This document shows positions 30,199-40,830 of a DNA stretch of 64,000 bases, piece after piece. The first letter of the stretch is position 1. Every line of letters starts with the position of its first letter. The notes below the pieces were generated by a model. It was given only the letters and a program-made list of their open reading frames with translations. It made no database searches and was not told where the DNA came from. This DNA is from Minisyncoccota bacterium (GTDB lineage: Bacteria > Patescibacteriota > Minisyncoccia > Phycocordibacterales > UBA5272): assembly GCA_046350775.1 (NCBI GenBank), contig JAXLZS010000001.1, positions 481,838 to 545,837 of the forward strand. Direction: 5' to 3'. Both the position numbers and the translations under genes were made by a program.

Positions 30199-31236
30199 AT
30201 GTATATGTCGCAAAATATTTCAAAAAAAGACCTTATAGATTTGAAAAATAGCTTCTTAGAGTATGTAGAAATTGAAAAAGGGCGCTCTCTTTTGACGGTT
30301 AGAAATTATGATCACTATCTAAATAGATTTATAAAATTTCTCGAGCAAAGCAAAGTCAGCTCTGTCGACGATAGAGTTATGCGTGAGTATAGACTTTATA
30401 TAAATCGCCTCCCTGCTACGACCAATAAAAGCTCAAAAAATAAATTATCAGAAACTCTTGATAAAAAGACTCAAAATTATCATCTGATTGCCCTCCGTGC
30501 TTTTTTAAAATATTGCCGCAAAAAAGGAGTTTTGATTTTTGATCCAGAAAAAATAGAATTGGCTAAGACTTCTCAAAGAGAGCTAGATCTAATTTCCGAA
30601 AAAGATCTAGAAAATCTACTAGATTCACCAAGTAAATTTTATGAGATGAAAGTGAATGAGGACATTGGAAAGAAAAATAAAAATACAGCACTTTTGAGAC
30701 AAAAATTATTTTTAACTTCACTTCGTGATAAGGCTATACTAGAGACATTTTTTTCTACAGGTCTACGTGTCTCCGAGCTTTGCTCTCTTGATCGTGATGA
30801 AGATCTTTCTTCTGGTGAAATATCAGTCAGAGGAAAAGGCGGAAAGATAAGAGTGGTCTTTTTTTCTGATGCAGCCATAGATGCTATAAAAAAATATTTA
30901 AAAGAAAGAGTGGATGTAGATGACTCTATGTTTATAGATTTGTCTCTCACATCTGGCGGGAGAATAAAAAATGGTAAAGACCTAAGGCTCACACCTCGCT
31001 CAGTAGAGAGGATTATAAAAAAGTATGCAGAGTTTGTTGGTATTTCAAAAAAGTGTACCCCTCATGTTCTTCGTCACTCTTTTGCGACAGATCTACTTCG
31101 TAATGGCGCCGATCTGCGTACTGTGCAAATGATGCTTGGACATGCAAGTATTTCTACGACCCAGATTTATACCAATGTCACCAACAAATTCCTTAAAGAT
31201 CAGTTTAAAAAATTTCACGGGAAAGATCGTAAATAA
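30199..31236 (+). CDS. xerC: Tyrosine recombinase XerC/XerD family
   Basis: TGLRVSEL, GKGGK, HVLRHSFATDLL, LGH, TTQIY (R-K-H-R-H-Y). Start may be ATG 30205. Confidence 0.9.
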   Translation: MYMSQNISKKDLIDLKNSFLEYVEIEKGRSLLTVRNYDHYLNRFIKFLEQSKVSSVDDRVMREYRLYINRLPATTNKSSKNKLSETLDKKTQNYHLIALRAFLKYCRKKGVLIFDPEKIELAKTSQRELDLISEKDLENLLDSPSKFYEMKVNEDIGKKNKNTALLRQKLFLTSLRDKAILETFFSTGLRVSELCSLDRDEDLSSGEISVRGKGGKIRVVFFSDAAIDAIKKYLKERVDVDDSMFIDLSLTSGGRIKNGKDLRLTPRSVERIIKKYAEFVGISKKCTPHVLRHSFATDLLRNGADLRTVQMMLGHASISTTQIYTNVTNKFLKDQFKKFHGKDRK

Positions 31237-31303
31237 AAGAAAAGTATTTTTTCAAGTTGGGCCCCGCAAGCGAAAAACTTTCAAAAACACTTTTCTTTTA
31301 TTT
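31231..31303. repeat. Dispersed structured hairpin element, copy 1
   Basis: 21-bp stem, TC/TC internal loop, AAGTT/AACTT stem, loop GGGCCCCGCAAGCGAAA. Confidence 0.75.
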
Positions 31304-31319
31304 GTGCTAAAATATTTTT

Positions 31320-32087
31320 ATGAAAATAATAACTTGGAATGTAAATGGTCTTAGAGCGATAGAGAAAAAAGGAGAGTTGGATAATCTTATTAAAAAATAT
31401 AATCCTGATATCCTTTGTCTTCAAGAGACAAAGTCGGAAATGGAGCAGCTTCACGATAATACTAAAAATAAAGAAGGATATTATTCTTTTTTCGAGTCCT
31501 CAAAAATGAGAAAAGGATATAGTGGTGTGGCTATTTATACAAAGATTCATCCAGTAAAAGTGACTGGTACAATGGGATATAAAGAAGAGGAATTTTTAGA
31601 TAATGAAGGTAGGACTATCATTGCTGAGTACCAAGATTTTTATTTAATAAACTGTTATTGGCCAAATGGAGGAAAAAGTGAAGAGCATTTTAATTATAAA
31701 TTAGAATATTATAAAAGATTTTTAGATCTGGCTAGAAAATTAGAAAAGAAAAAACCTGTCATCTTTTGTGGTGATGTAAATGCGACAGTGGCTGACATTG
31801 ATCTTGCTAGGCCAAAAGAAAATGCTGGACATGTTGGTTGTACTAGAGAAGAGAGAGACCTGTTAGCTGATTTTAAAAAATATTTTTTGGATATATGGAG
31901 AGAAGAAAATCCTAAAAAAGAAGAATACACTTGGTGGGATATGAAGACAAGAGCGCGTGATAGAAATATTGGATGGAGAATTGACTATTTTTTCATTTCA
32001 AAAATTTTAAAAAATAAAGTTAAACAAATAAAAATACTGGGCGATCAACTCGGTTCTGATCATTGCCCAGTATTTTTAGAAATCTAA
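31320..32087 (+). CDS. xth: Exodeoxyribonuclease III / AP endonuclease
   Basis: WNVNGLRA, LQETK, GYSGVA, GDVN, GWRIDY, SDHCP. Confidence 0.96.
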   Translation: MKIITWNVNGLRAIEKKGELDNLIKKYNPDILCLQETKSEMEQLHDNTKNKEGYYSFFESSKMRKGYSGVAIYTKIHPVKVTGTMGYKEEEFLDNEGRTIIAEYQDFYLINCYWPNGGKSEEHFNYKLEYYKRFLDLARKLEKKKPVIFCGDVNATVADIDLARPKENAGHVGCTREERDLLADFKKYFLDIWREENPKKEEYTWWDMKTRARDRNIGWRIDYFFISKILKNKVKQIKILGDQLGSDHCPVFLEI

Positions 32088-32098
32088 TTTTTTATTTT

Positions 32099-32947
32099 CT
32101 ATTTTACAAATATTGAAGGAGGGGTATTTGTATTTATGCAGGTATTAATAGTTATGATTTTTGTTTCTGCGCATATTCCAGGATAAACATTGAGATATCC
32201 CCACTCTGGTCCAGATACGGTGCCATATTCTGCACATATATTTTGATTTGGAGCAATATCTTCATTTGTGTGCTGAATACCAGAAGGATCTATGTATGAA
32301 TTATTTTTTATAGTTGCTCCAGTATTATTATAGTATTCTGTATAAGTCTTTATAATTTGTTTATTTGTGTCACAGTCTAAGATAGTTATAGGTTTACTGT
32401 AAATTCTTACAGTTGTACTTATCGAATTGCTACCGTATGCATACAGATCTACAATTCTGCTAGAATAATAGTCATCAGCAGGTGTATTACTTGGTATTAT
32501 CATTGTGTCTTCAAAATAAGGTTCAACGTCTTGTATGCTATTTCCAGATAAAGATATGTCATTTTGAGTTTCTATATTTGGATTGCCAAAAGAAATTTTT
32601 AGAAGTGAAGGAGCTCTAGATACATAGTGAGGGGGTACAGGTGTGCAATTAGTATCGTCTCTTACAACAACATTGTCCTCTATTACATATTGTTCATTAC
32701 ATTCTGTTGAATCAGTAATGTTTGATATTTGTCTCAATGTTTCACCTTTGCCATATAAATCCTTATCCGTAGATAGTGTTAAGGTAAGAGTATTATACCA
32801 GCGAGATTCCGTCCAACTTGATCCAGCTCCCGCAGCTACGCTAGCTGTAGTGTATTCGATAACATAATAAGTGTATGCACTGGCAGTATGTATTTCTATC
32901 AAAAATATTATCGCCAATAAAATCATCTTATAGTTTTTAAATTTCAT
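32099..32947 (-). CDS. Secreted Cys-containing hypothetical protein
   Basis: Signal peptide ending ASA; LSTDKDLYGKGET Ig-like strand. Confidence 0.7.
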   Translation of the reverse strand: MKFKNYKMILLAIIFLIEIHTASAYTYYVIEYTTASVAAGAGSSWTESRWYNTLTLTLSTDKDLYGKGETLRQISNITDSTECNEQYVIEDNVVVRDDTNCTPVPPHYVSRAPSLLKISFGNPNIETQNDISLSGNSIQDVEPYFEDTMIIPSNTPADDYYSSRIVDLYAYGSNSISTTVRIYSKPITILDCDTNKQIIKTYTEYYNNTGATIKNNSYIDPSGIQHTNEDIAPNQNICAEYGTVSGPEWGYLNVYPGICAETKIITINTCINTNTPPSIFVK

Positions 32948-32952
32948 AAATT

Positions 32953-34257
32953 TTAATTGTCCATACTCTCTCTCTTTTTAAGAGATGTTATTCCGTATCC
33001 GACTAATACTAAGACTATCAAGAATACAAACATGTATATTTTATTTATGCCATTTATGGTTGTAGCAGTATGTACATCTGGATTTATATTTATATCTGTC
33101 ACAGGATTATTAAGATTAATCTTGGTCGAGTCCAATATATTTCCTTTTTCATCAGCTATACTTACACTAGCAACGTCTCCAGCACAATCTCTCTCGATAT
33201 TTATTTTTAGGCTTTCTTTTCCTATGGATACTGGCGTACTAGAACTTGATTTAGAATACGATCCACAAACATTTCCATTTTTATCAGATATTGTAGCTTT
33301 TATAGTATTCTTTGATAGGTTTGACCCATTCCAAAATACTTCAAGGTTTGCAATATCGCCTTTTTTGTATTCTGTTTTATCTAGTATTGTATTTTGTATT
33401 GTCGCAGAAGACCCAGTGACTCTATACACTATTTTATTTGAAAGAGAAATTTTTGCTTGAGAGCTATTAATTAAAAACGTGTCTACAAAATAAATTTGTG
33501 GATTTGTATTCGTTGGCAATTCAAAAGATATGTCCTGTGAAGTTTTTGCTTTTATTGAGATATCCTGCTCTATGATGTTTTTGGAAACAATATCACCAAA
33601 CTGATCTCTTTTGTGAGTAATGAGGCTTATTTTTAGATTGTTGAGATTGTTGTTTCCATTGTTTGATATTTTACAATTTGTAATCAAAATATCATTTGAG
33701 GAAATACTTATTCCTTGTTCAGAGGCGTATTTTGTAGAAGAAGCATCGTCTTTTATTGATAAGTAGCAGCCATCTATAGTGGGCGCTATATAGTTATTAT
33801 TTATTGTAATAATTCTTTCTGGAAATCCAGCTGGCATATATGCTAAAGGAAGACCATTTTGATTTTTTACAACTATCATCAATTTATATTTACCGCTTAT
33901 TATAAACTTAGGTAGTGTATATTTGATTTGAATATTTTTTGATCCTTGAGGCCCAAGTGTCAGAGCTTCATTTGCTAATTGAGTATCAATGATAGCAGAA
34001 GTCGATGCGTCTAAAAGTTGGAGTCCGTATCTGATATTTGACTGTATTCCTTCATGATTATAAATTTGGAATGATACAGAATAATTGTCTGCATCTATTT
34101 TTGTACTGGTAGCATTGTACACATCGACTGTGGCTACAAGCAGAGCAGTTGTTTTTATTGGTGTTGTAGTTTTTGAAGCGGTAGCAGCTTTTACTTTTAC
34201 CCCCACAAAACTAATTATCAATAAAGTCGATAAAAGTATTGTTAATATTTTTTTCAT
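32953..34257 (-). CDS. Surface protein with Ig-like domains and C-terminal TM anchor
   Basis: Signal peptide (VKA), beta-rich body, LDKTEYKKGD, C-terminal TM plus basic tail. Confidence 0.75.
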   Translation of the reverse strand: MKKILTILLSTLLIISFVGVKVKAATASKTTTPIKTTALLVATVDVYNATSTKIDADNYSVSFQIYNHEGIQSNIRYGLQLLDASTSAIIDTQLANEALTLGPQGSKNIQIKYTLPKFIISGKYKLMIVVKNQNGLPLAYMPAGFPERIITINNNYIAPTIDGCYLSIKDDASSTKYASEQGISISSNDILITNCKISNNGNNNLNNLKISLITHKRDQFGDIVSKNIIEQDISIKAKTSQDISFELPTNTNPQIYFVDTFLINSSQAKISLSNKIVYRVTGSSATIQNTILDKTEYKKGDIANLEVFWNGSNLSKNTIKATISDKNGNVCGSYSKSSSSTPVSIGKESLKINIERDCAGDVASVSIADEKGNILDSTKINLNNPVTDININPDVHTATTINGINKIYMFVFLIVLVLVGYGITSLKKRESMDN

Positions 34258-34432
34258 TTTTTTGTTTTGTAAATAAATTAATAAATATAAAGTTTAATAA
34301 TAAACCAAACTCTATAGAATCTCTCAATTCATACTTGAATTATATCAGAGTATCTATGTTTATTATTTTATTTTATCCACAAAAATACTCACCAGTTTTA
34401 TTTGATGAGTATTTTATGTTGTCTTGTATTGA

Positions 34433-34678
34433 TTAGTCTTTTTGGCTTTTTTTAATTCGCATTTTTTTGTGTTCATGTTTTTGCCCTCTATTTTCTTTTA
34501 CGGCTTTATGGAGCTGGGATTCTATTTTTGTCTGATAATATTTATAGGCAGGAGATATCGCATTCCCATTGCTATTACTAATATTTTGAGCGCTACTAAA
34601 CATCATTGTAGATGCCAGAGCCGCTCCAGATAAAGCTATTAAAGTTTTTTGTATTCTTTGTGATCTGTATCTTCGCAT
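34433..34678 (-). CDS. Small basic protein with N-terminal hydrophobic/signal segment
   Basis: 81-aa ORF with AT-rich leader and a hairpin downstream (about 34382-34416). Confidence 0.5.
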   Translation of the reverse strand: MRRYRSQRIQKTLIALSGAALASTMMFSSAQNISNSNGNAISPAYKYYQTKIESQLHKAVKENRGQKHEHKKMRIKKSQKD

Positions 34679-34892
34679 AATTATTTTAATAATTAATATG
34701 TTTTTAAAATTTTAAATGAGCTTATAAAATAAAACTAACTAAATTTTGTTTGAAATTACACACCATTTTCTTATTTTTTTGGATTTTCTGTAATTTATCT
34801 CATCCAGTATGCTTTATATTACAATGTTTTTTTAAAAATATTACAAAAATTATAACGACTTTTGCTTTTTAACAAATAAACAAATATTTTTG

Positions 34893-35993
34893 TTATTTCA
34901 AAGCCTTAATTCCTGGTAATTTTCCTTCATTTGACAGGAAATCTAACATTGCTCCACCGGCTGTTGAGACAAAGATATTATTTTCTGATTTTATTTTTAA
35001 TTTTTTAGTGAAAACCAATGTATCTCCTCCGCCAATGAGTATATTGTTCTTATTTTTTTTGATTTCTTTTAGTGTGGCTATAGTCCCAAAAGAGAATCCT
35101 TGTTCATAATTACCTAATGGTCCATTCATTATTATATTTTTAGAATTTTTAATCTCTGCTTTAAGTATTGAGAAAGTAGCTGGTCCTATATCAGAGATTT
35201 TATCTTTTTTATTTAAAAGATTTATATCTTTTAAATTGTTATCTGCCAATATAGTATCCACAGGTAGTAGTATTTTTTTATTTTTTATATTGTTGAATAA
35301 ATCTTTCTTTTCAGATTCGGATAATTTAAAATTCTCCTCTACGGCCGATTGCCCAATTTCATTATTTATTACGTCTTTTAGTATTTGGTTGGCTATTCCT
35401 CCCCCCACAAATATCTTATTTCCATTTTTTAATAATTTTTTTATAAGAGGTAATTTTGTAGATATTTTTATACCAGAAATTATGACTAAAGTATTATTTT
35501 TTGGATTTTTAGATAATTTGATAGTCTTATTTATTGTGTTTATCTCTTTTTTTGCCAAATCTCCCAGTCTTATTTTTTTTCCTTGTCTTTTAAAGATTTT
35601 TGGGATACCTACTATTGAAGCGTGGGCTCTGTGCATACTAGCAAAGGCGTCATCAATATATTCATCTCCCTTGTCTGAAAAATATTTTGATGTTTTTATG
35701 AATTCTTTAGAATTTAGTTTGGCAGTTTCCCCTTTTTGCCAACGAACATTTTCTAAAATTTCAATATTTTCATTTTCTTTTTTATCAAGTTTTTTCCTGA
35801 GATAGTTTTCGACTGGTTTTAAAGTTTCATTTTTTTCTCCTTTTCCTAGATGTGACAATATTATGATTTTATTTTTTTTAGAGAGTTTTTTGATTTCTGG
35901 TATGACAGCGTCAATTCTTTCTGTTTCCAATATTTTATTATTTTGATAATCAATAGGCACATTTAGATCAAGTCTTAAAAGTATTTTTTTCAT
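34893..35993 (-). CDS. pgk: Phosphoglycerate kinase (shortened, divergent)
   Basis: RLDLNVP, SHLG, LENVR, DAFASMHRAHAS, GGGIAN, DIGP, NGPLG, GGGDT, STAGGA. Confidence 0.92.
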   Translation of the reverse strand: MKKILLRLDLNVPIDYQNNKILETERIDAVIPEIKKLSKKNKIIILSHLGKGEKNETLKPVENYLRKKLDKKENENIEILENVRWQKGETAKLNSKEFIKTSKYFSDKGDEYIDDAFASMHRAHASIVGIPKIFKRQGKKIRLGDLAKKEINTINKTIKLSKNPKNNTLVIISGIKISTKLPLIKKLLKNGNKIFVGGGIANQILKDVINNEIGQSAVEENFKLSESEKKDLFNNIKNKKILLPVDTILADNNLKDINLLNKKDKISDIGPATFSILKAEIKNSKNIIMNGPLGNYEQGFSFGTIATLKEIKKNKNNILIGGGDTLVFTKKLKIKSENNIFVSTAGGAMLDFLSNEGKLPGIKALK

Positions 35994-36012
35994 GATTTTT
36001 ATTTTTTGTGAT

Positions 36013-36969
36013 TTATTTTATAGTATAAATTATTTTTGCTAAAACTTCTGGTGATAGTGATTCTTCATTCACCAAGACTCCATCTACTCCACCGCTTTTC
36101 ATTATTTCTTTTATATTGTTTTCTGTTATTTTTCCACTGTAAACTATTTTTATTTTTTTTGCATTATCAATACCAAACATATTTGCTACAGTTCTTCTTA
36201 TGGCTATTGTCTTTTCCAAACAATCGTCCATGTCTGTTTGCTCTATTTTTGAAAATTCTCCTCCTGGCTCATAGCATATTATCAATTTATCAAATAGATT
36301 GTAGTGTAGATTTTTTATAGTTTTTTTAATTATTTCATTTATACTTTTAAAGTCTTCTAAATTATTTTCTTTTATAAAAAAGATTGCAATCACTCCATTT
36401 TCTAGTGTCGCTCTTATTTTTTCTTCTAGTTTTTCTAGCTTTTTTAAAGCTGGTGATATTATTTTACTTTCCTCTCTTTTTTCTTCTTCTATTTTTCTAC
36501 TTACACCATTTAGTCTTTCTAGCAATATCTTATTTGCTTCTATCTTTCCATTTTTTCTATCCTCTTTTTTAGCTTTCTCCATCTCTTTATCATTTATATT
36601 TTCTAAAATATTCTCTTCGTGAAATATATCCGAATCATTTAGTATTACAAACTGGGCGCCCACACTCTTTAGTTGTGTGAGAGATATAGAATTGTTTATA
36701 TTTGAGACCTCTACTTCGTCAAAGTTTTGAGCCCCAATGAGTATATTTTTTAAATTTCTATTCTTTTTTTCATTTATAAAAGTTTGGATTGGAAATATAA
36801 ATGGTGATGGTAAAGATAAAAGAAAATTTAAACTCTTATTTTTCTTATTTTTCTTTTGTAAAATATCAAATTCTTTACTTAATTTTTCTAGCGTTTTTTT
36901 AGCTTCTGATAGACTTTTTGGATTGCTTTTCCAATTACTTATAATTATAGGTGTTTTTAATTTTGACAT
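36013..36969 (-). CDS. tpiA: Triosephosphate isomerase homolog, catalytic motifs degenerate
   Basis: NWK, GAQN, CYEP and GVDGVLV retained; GHSE, YGGS and GGAS motifs altered; next to pgk. Confidence 0.8.
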   Translation of the reverse strand: MSKLKTPIIISNWKSNPKSLSEAKKTLEKLSKEFDILQKKNKKNKSLNFLLSLPSPFIFPIQTFINEKKNRNLKNILIGAQNFDEVEVSNINNSISLTQLKSVGAQFVILNDSDIFHEENILENINDKEMEKAKKEDRKNGKIEANKILLERLNGVSRKIEEEKREESKIISPALKKLEKLEEKIRATLENGVIAIFFIKENNLEDFKSINEIIKKTIKNLHYNLFDKLIICYEPGGEFSKIEQTDMDDCLEKTIAIRRTVANMFGIDNAKKIKIVYSGKITENNIKEIMKSGGVDGVLVNEESLSPEVLAKIIYTIK

Positions 36970-37005
36970 GAAAATATTTTATCATAAAAAATATTTTCTG
37001 ATAAA

Positions 37006-37503
37006 TTATTTTAATTTGTCAGCTGCTTCCGTTGCTAGCTTGTCAGCCATCTCATTACCTTTTATGCCAGCATGACCCTCGACATATTCCCAGGATATTT
37101 CTTTAAATCCTCTTTCTTCTAATTTTTCATTTATTATATTTTTTAATTTTAACAATTCTTGCCAAAGCTCTTTGTTGGCGACTTCTTTTCTATTAGATCC
37201 TTTCCAGTTATTTTTCTCCCAACCTTTTATCCATTCTGTGATTCCATGTTTTACATATTTAGAATCAAGCTTTATTTTTATTTTTACTTCTTGATTATCT
37301 AATATTTTAGAAATATTCTTTTTAAGATATTTCAGAGACTCAATCGCTGCGATCAGCTCCATCTTGTTATTTGTTGTATCTTTTTCTCCTCCAGAAAGAT
37401 TGGTAGTATAAAGTTTATCTTTTATTACTTCAATATAAACTCCCCACCCACCAGGTCCAGGATTGCCACGACTTGCTCCATCGGTATAAAGTGTTATTTT
37501 CAT
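37006..37503 (-). CDS. rnhA: Ribonuclease HI
   Basis: YTDGASRGNPGPGGWG, TTNNKMEL, DSKYV, GHAGIKGNEMADKLA. Confidence 0.96.
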   Translation of the reverse strand: MKITLYTDGASRGNPGPGGWGVYIEVIKDKLYTTNLSGGEKDTTNNKMELIAAIESLKYLKKNISKILDNQEVKIKIKLDSKYVKHGITEWIKGWEKNNWKGSNRKEVANKELWQELLKLKNIINEKLEERGFKEISWEYVEGHAGIKGNEMADKLATEAADKLK

Positions 37504-37532
37504 AAAAATATTTTAACACAAAACTTATATAT

Positions 37533-39182
37533 TTATTTAATAAATTTTATCAATATATCTCTCCTAAAATTATCCCATTCTATATTTACAAGATGCTCTT
37601 TTTTGGATAATAATTCTTTTTCTCTATTTTCACTAACAAAAAACTCTATACCTCTCTTTTCTCCAATAATTATTTCCAAATGCTCTTTATTTTTACCAAA
37701 TCTTTTAGATTTTACATTATGATTTCCATCTAATTTTATTTTAAATTTAGGCTTTGGATTTTCTACGCCAAAAGGTGAAAAGATTTTTATTTCTTCATAT
37801 ATTTTTCTATTTATCTCTCCTATTTTAATTAATATAAAATCTTTTTCTAGTTTTTCTTTTTTATCTTCTTTTAGATTTCTATTTATATTTTTACTATATT
37901 CTTTTAAAAAATTTTCAAAATCTTTTATTTGGTCTTTATGAATAGCAAAACCTCCAGCAGCTTCATGTCCTCCAAAATTTTCTAAAAATATTTCACCTTT
38001 TATCATTATTTCTACTACATTTAGGTTGTCTTCCCCTACTCTCACACTCCCTTTCATGATATTTTTATCTTCCCCCATCCCCCAGATAAAGCAAGTCTTA
38101 CCAGTTGTCTCACCTATTTTAGCAGCAATCAGCCCCAGTATCCCTGGTCCCCAATTTTCATCTCCCAAAAATATTATTTCCTCCTCTTTTAATTTTTCTA
38201 TATCTATAGATTCTATCGCCTCTTTAGTGTTAAATTTTCTATTGGTATTAAATTTTTCTAATTTTTCAGCGTAGTCTACAGACTCATCGTTGTGAAGTAA
38301 AGCGTTAAATGCGTCTATAGGATCTGCCATCCTTGATGCAGAGTTTATTCTTGGTGCAATACCAAAAGCTATGTCGTCTTCATTTATTTTGGTCTGATCT
38401 ATTTTTGCGTTGGCTAAAATTTTTTGCAATCCTGGCCTGCTTGATTTTCTCAAGACTTGCAGCCCATATTTTACTAAAAGTCTATTTTCATTTTTGAGTG
38501 GTACTAGATCAGCGACAGTCGATATAGCTACCATATCGAGTAGCCACTTTTCCCAGCCCTCTTTTACATTATATTCCTCTCTGTATTTATTTAAAAAAGC
38601 ATGTACAAGCTTCCATGCTGTAGAGCAACCACACAAAAATTTTTCTTCATATTTATCGTCTGCTTGCTTTGTGTTTATTATTGCAAAAGCATCTGGTAAA
38701 ATTTGCTTATTTTTTTCATTCAAGATTGGCAGATGATGATCCGTTAGTATCACATTTATATTATTTTCTTCGGCAAACTTTATCTCTTCAATATTTGTGA
38801 TACCAATGTCGATAGTGATCATGAGAGAATATTTTTCCTCAATAAATTTTTCTATAGCCTTTTTATTTAATCCATAGCCCTCATTGTGGCGATGTGGAAT
38901 ATAGACTGAGAAATTTTCATAATTTATTTTTTTAAAAAAGTCGTGCAACACAACAGCCCCGGGTATGCCGTCACAATCATAGTCAGCATAGATTACTATT
39001 TTCTGATTCTCATCTATTGCTTTTTTAATTCTCTCTAGAGACTTATCTATATCTTTAATTTTTTCAGCAGGGTAAAGATCTCTCTCCCAATTTGGTTTAA
39101 AATATTTTTCCATCTCCATTTCGTTTTCTAGATCAAGACCAAGCGTCTTAGAAATTTGCTTTTGTAAGTCTGAGAGTATCAT
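37533..39182 (-). CDS. recJ: ssDNA exonuclease RecJ
   Basis: DYDCDG, EGYG, TDHH, TVADLVPL, PRINS, GGHEAAGG, PFGVENPKP. Confidence 0.93.
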   Translation of the reverse strand: MILSDLQKQISKTLGLDLENEMEMEKYFKPNWERDLYPAEKIKDIDKSLERIKKAIDENQKIVIYADYDCDGIPGAVVLHDFFKKINYENFSVYIPHRHNEGYGLNKKAIEKFIEEKYSLMITIDIGITNIEEIKFAEENNINVILTDHHLPILNEKNKQILPDAFAIINTKQADDKYEEKFLCGCSTAWKLVHAFLNKYREEYNVKEGWEKWLLDMVAISTVADLVPLKNENRLLVKYGLQVLRKSSRPGLQKILANAKIDQTKINEDDIAFGIAPRINSASRMADPIDAFNALLHNDESVDYAEKLEKFNTNRKFNTKEAIESIDIEKLKEEEIIFLGDENWGPGILGLIAAKIGETTGKTCFIWGMGEDKNIMKGSVRVGEDNLNVVEIMIKGEIFLENFGGHEAAGGFAIHKDQIKDFENFLKEYSKNINRNLKEDKKEKLEKDFILIKIGEINRKIYEEIKIFSPFGVENPKPKFKIKLDGNHNVKSKRFGKNKEHLEIIIGEKRGIEFFVSENREKELLSKKEHLVNIEWDNFRRDILIKFIK

Positions 39183-39328
39183 AATGATAGAGATTATAGC
39201 AGTATTTTCAGTTTCAGAAAAAGACTTGCAAAAAATATTTTATTATGTTATTCTATTTTTAGATTTTAGAATTTATTTAATGGGTTAGTAAGAACAAGCC
39301 ACGATGAAAATCGTGGCTCTCTTTATTT

Positions 39329-40828
39329 TTATAGTCTAAATTTCTTTTTGATTTCCTCTTTTTGTTTTTCGTTTTCTTGCTCCATTTTTTCTTTTCCACT
39401 ATTTGCCAGATTTTCTATTTTTTTTATATCTAAATTATTTAATTCTATAGTTCTAGCTTTCAAATATTCTTCAGTATTTTTACTTGCGTCATCTATAACC
39501 TCCTCAAACAGAGCATTCAAAATAAGGCCAATTTTTTTTCCAGGTTTTTCATTTAGTATCTGCATTATTTTTTCACCATTAATTTTTAGAGTTTTGAGTG
39601 ATATTGGATCTCTTAAAGCTTCTTCTATCATACTTTCAAACATTCTTAATCTGTAAGGTTCTTCTTTTTTTGTTCCTGAACCCATTCTGTCACAGATTCT
39701 TACATTTATAAGATCCCAAATATTTTCTTTTCCAATATTGACTATCAATCTTCGTACAGCTGCTAGAGTAATTTGTTCTGTATCAGAGAAAAACATATGC
39801 CAGCGGACCATCTTTGAGACTTTATCAATAAACTTTTTATCAAATTTCAATCTTTCTAAAATTTTCTTTGTCATTTTTTCACCGACAACCTCATGTCCAT
39901 AAAAAGTGTAATCATTTCTATTTTGATCATATCTTCTAGTTTTTGGTTTTCCGATATCATGAAATAGTGCAGTCATCCTAGTTTCTAGATCGTAATTCTT
40001 TTCTGCAGCATGATTGAGTGATCGGAGTGAATGCTCAAAGACATCATAAGTGTGATGACCATTTTGCTCTACTCCAACAGAAGAATCTAATTCTGATGAA
40101 ATATATTTTAAGAGTCCAAGCTTTTGTGAAATGACTAAAGCTTGCATTGGCTCAGGTGACATAATAATTTTTATAAATTCGTCACGAATTCTTTCTTGAG
40201 ATATTTTTTCTAAATTATTTGCAAGTTTAAATATCGCAGAAAATGTCTCACTAGAAATCACATATCCAAGCTGTGCTGAGAAGCGTATAGCACGAAGCAT
40301 GCGAAGTGCGTCTTCATTAAATCTTTCTTCTGCATCACCAACACATTTAATATTTTTATTTTTTATATCTTCTTGACCAGCAAATGGATCTACTAAAATA
40401 TTTTTTATTGGATCATAGGCAATAGCATTGATTGTAAAATCTCTTCTCTTAAGATCTTCTTCTATAGTTTTGCCCCATTCAACTTTTGTTGGATGACGAA
40501 AGTCTTCATATTCACCTTCTGTCCTATAGGTTGTGACTTCGATTATTTTTTCTGTCTCATCATTTTCATTTCTGATTTTTACTCCAACAGTACCAAATTT
40601 ATTTTCGTAGACAGTATCGTCTTCACCAAAAATGTTTATTATTTCTTCTGGTATTGCATTTGTTGCTATGTCCCAGTCATTTGGCTCTCTATCGATAATC
40701 ATGTCACGAACACATCCACCGACAAGATAGCTTTCAAAATTATTTTTAGACAACATTTCACAAACCCAAATTACATCTTCTGGAATTTTATTATTATTTA
40801 TTTGGTTTTGTGAATTATTTTGTCTCAT
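39329..40828 (-). CDS. cca: CCA-adding tRNA nucleotidyltransferase with HD domain
   Basis: VGGCVRD, DWD, RRDFTINA, EDALRMLRAIRF, HDIGK. Confidence 0.92.
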   Translation of the reverse strand: MRQNNSQNQINNNKIPEDVIWVCEMLSKNNFESYLVGGCVRDMIIDREPNDWDIATNAIPEEIINIFGEDDTVYENKFGTVGVKIRNENDETEKIIEVTTYRTEGEYEDFRHPTKVEWGKTIEEDLKRRDFTINAIAYDPIKNILVDPFAGQEDIKNKNIKCVGDAEERFNEDALRMLRAIRFSAQLGYVISSETFSAIFKLANNLEKISQERIRDEFIKIIMSPEPMQALVISQKLGLLKYISSELDSSVGVEQNGHHTYDVFEHSLRSLNHAAEKNYDLETRMTALFHDIGKPKTRRYDQNRNDYTFYGHEVVGEKMTKKILERLKFDKKFIDKVSKMVRWHMFFSDTEQITLAAVRRLIVNIGKENIWDLINVRICDRMGSGTKKEEPYRLRMFESMIEEALRDPISLKTLKINGEKIMQILNEKPGKKIGLILNALFEEVIDDASKNTEEYLKARTIELNNLDIKKIENLANSGKEKMEQENEKQKEEIKKKFRL

Positions 40829-40830
40829 TT

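Noticed and set aside
30199-31236. Integron integrase with the hairpins as attC sites
   Set aside because: No IntI-specific insertion recognised, hairpins lack RYYYAAC/GTTRRRY ends, and they flank housekeeping genes; kept only as an analogy
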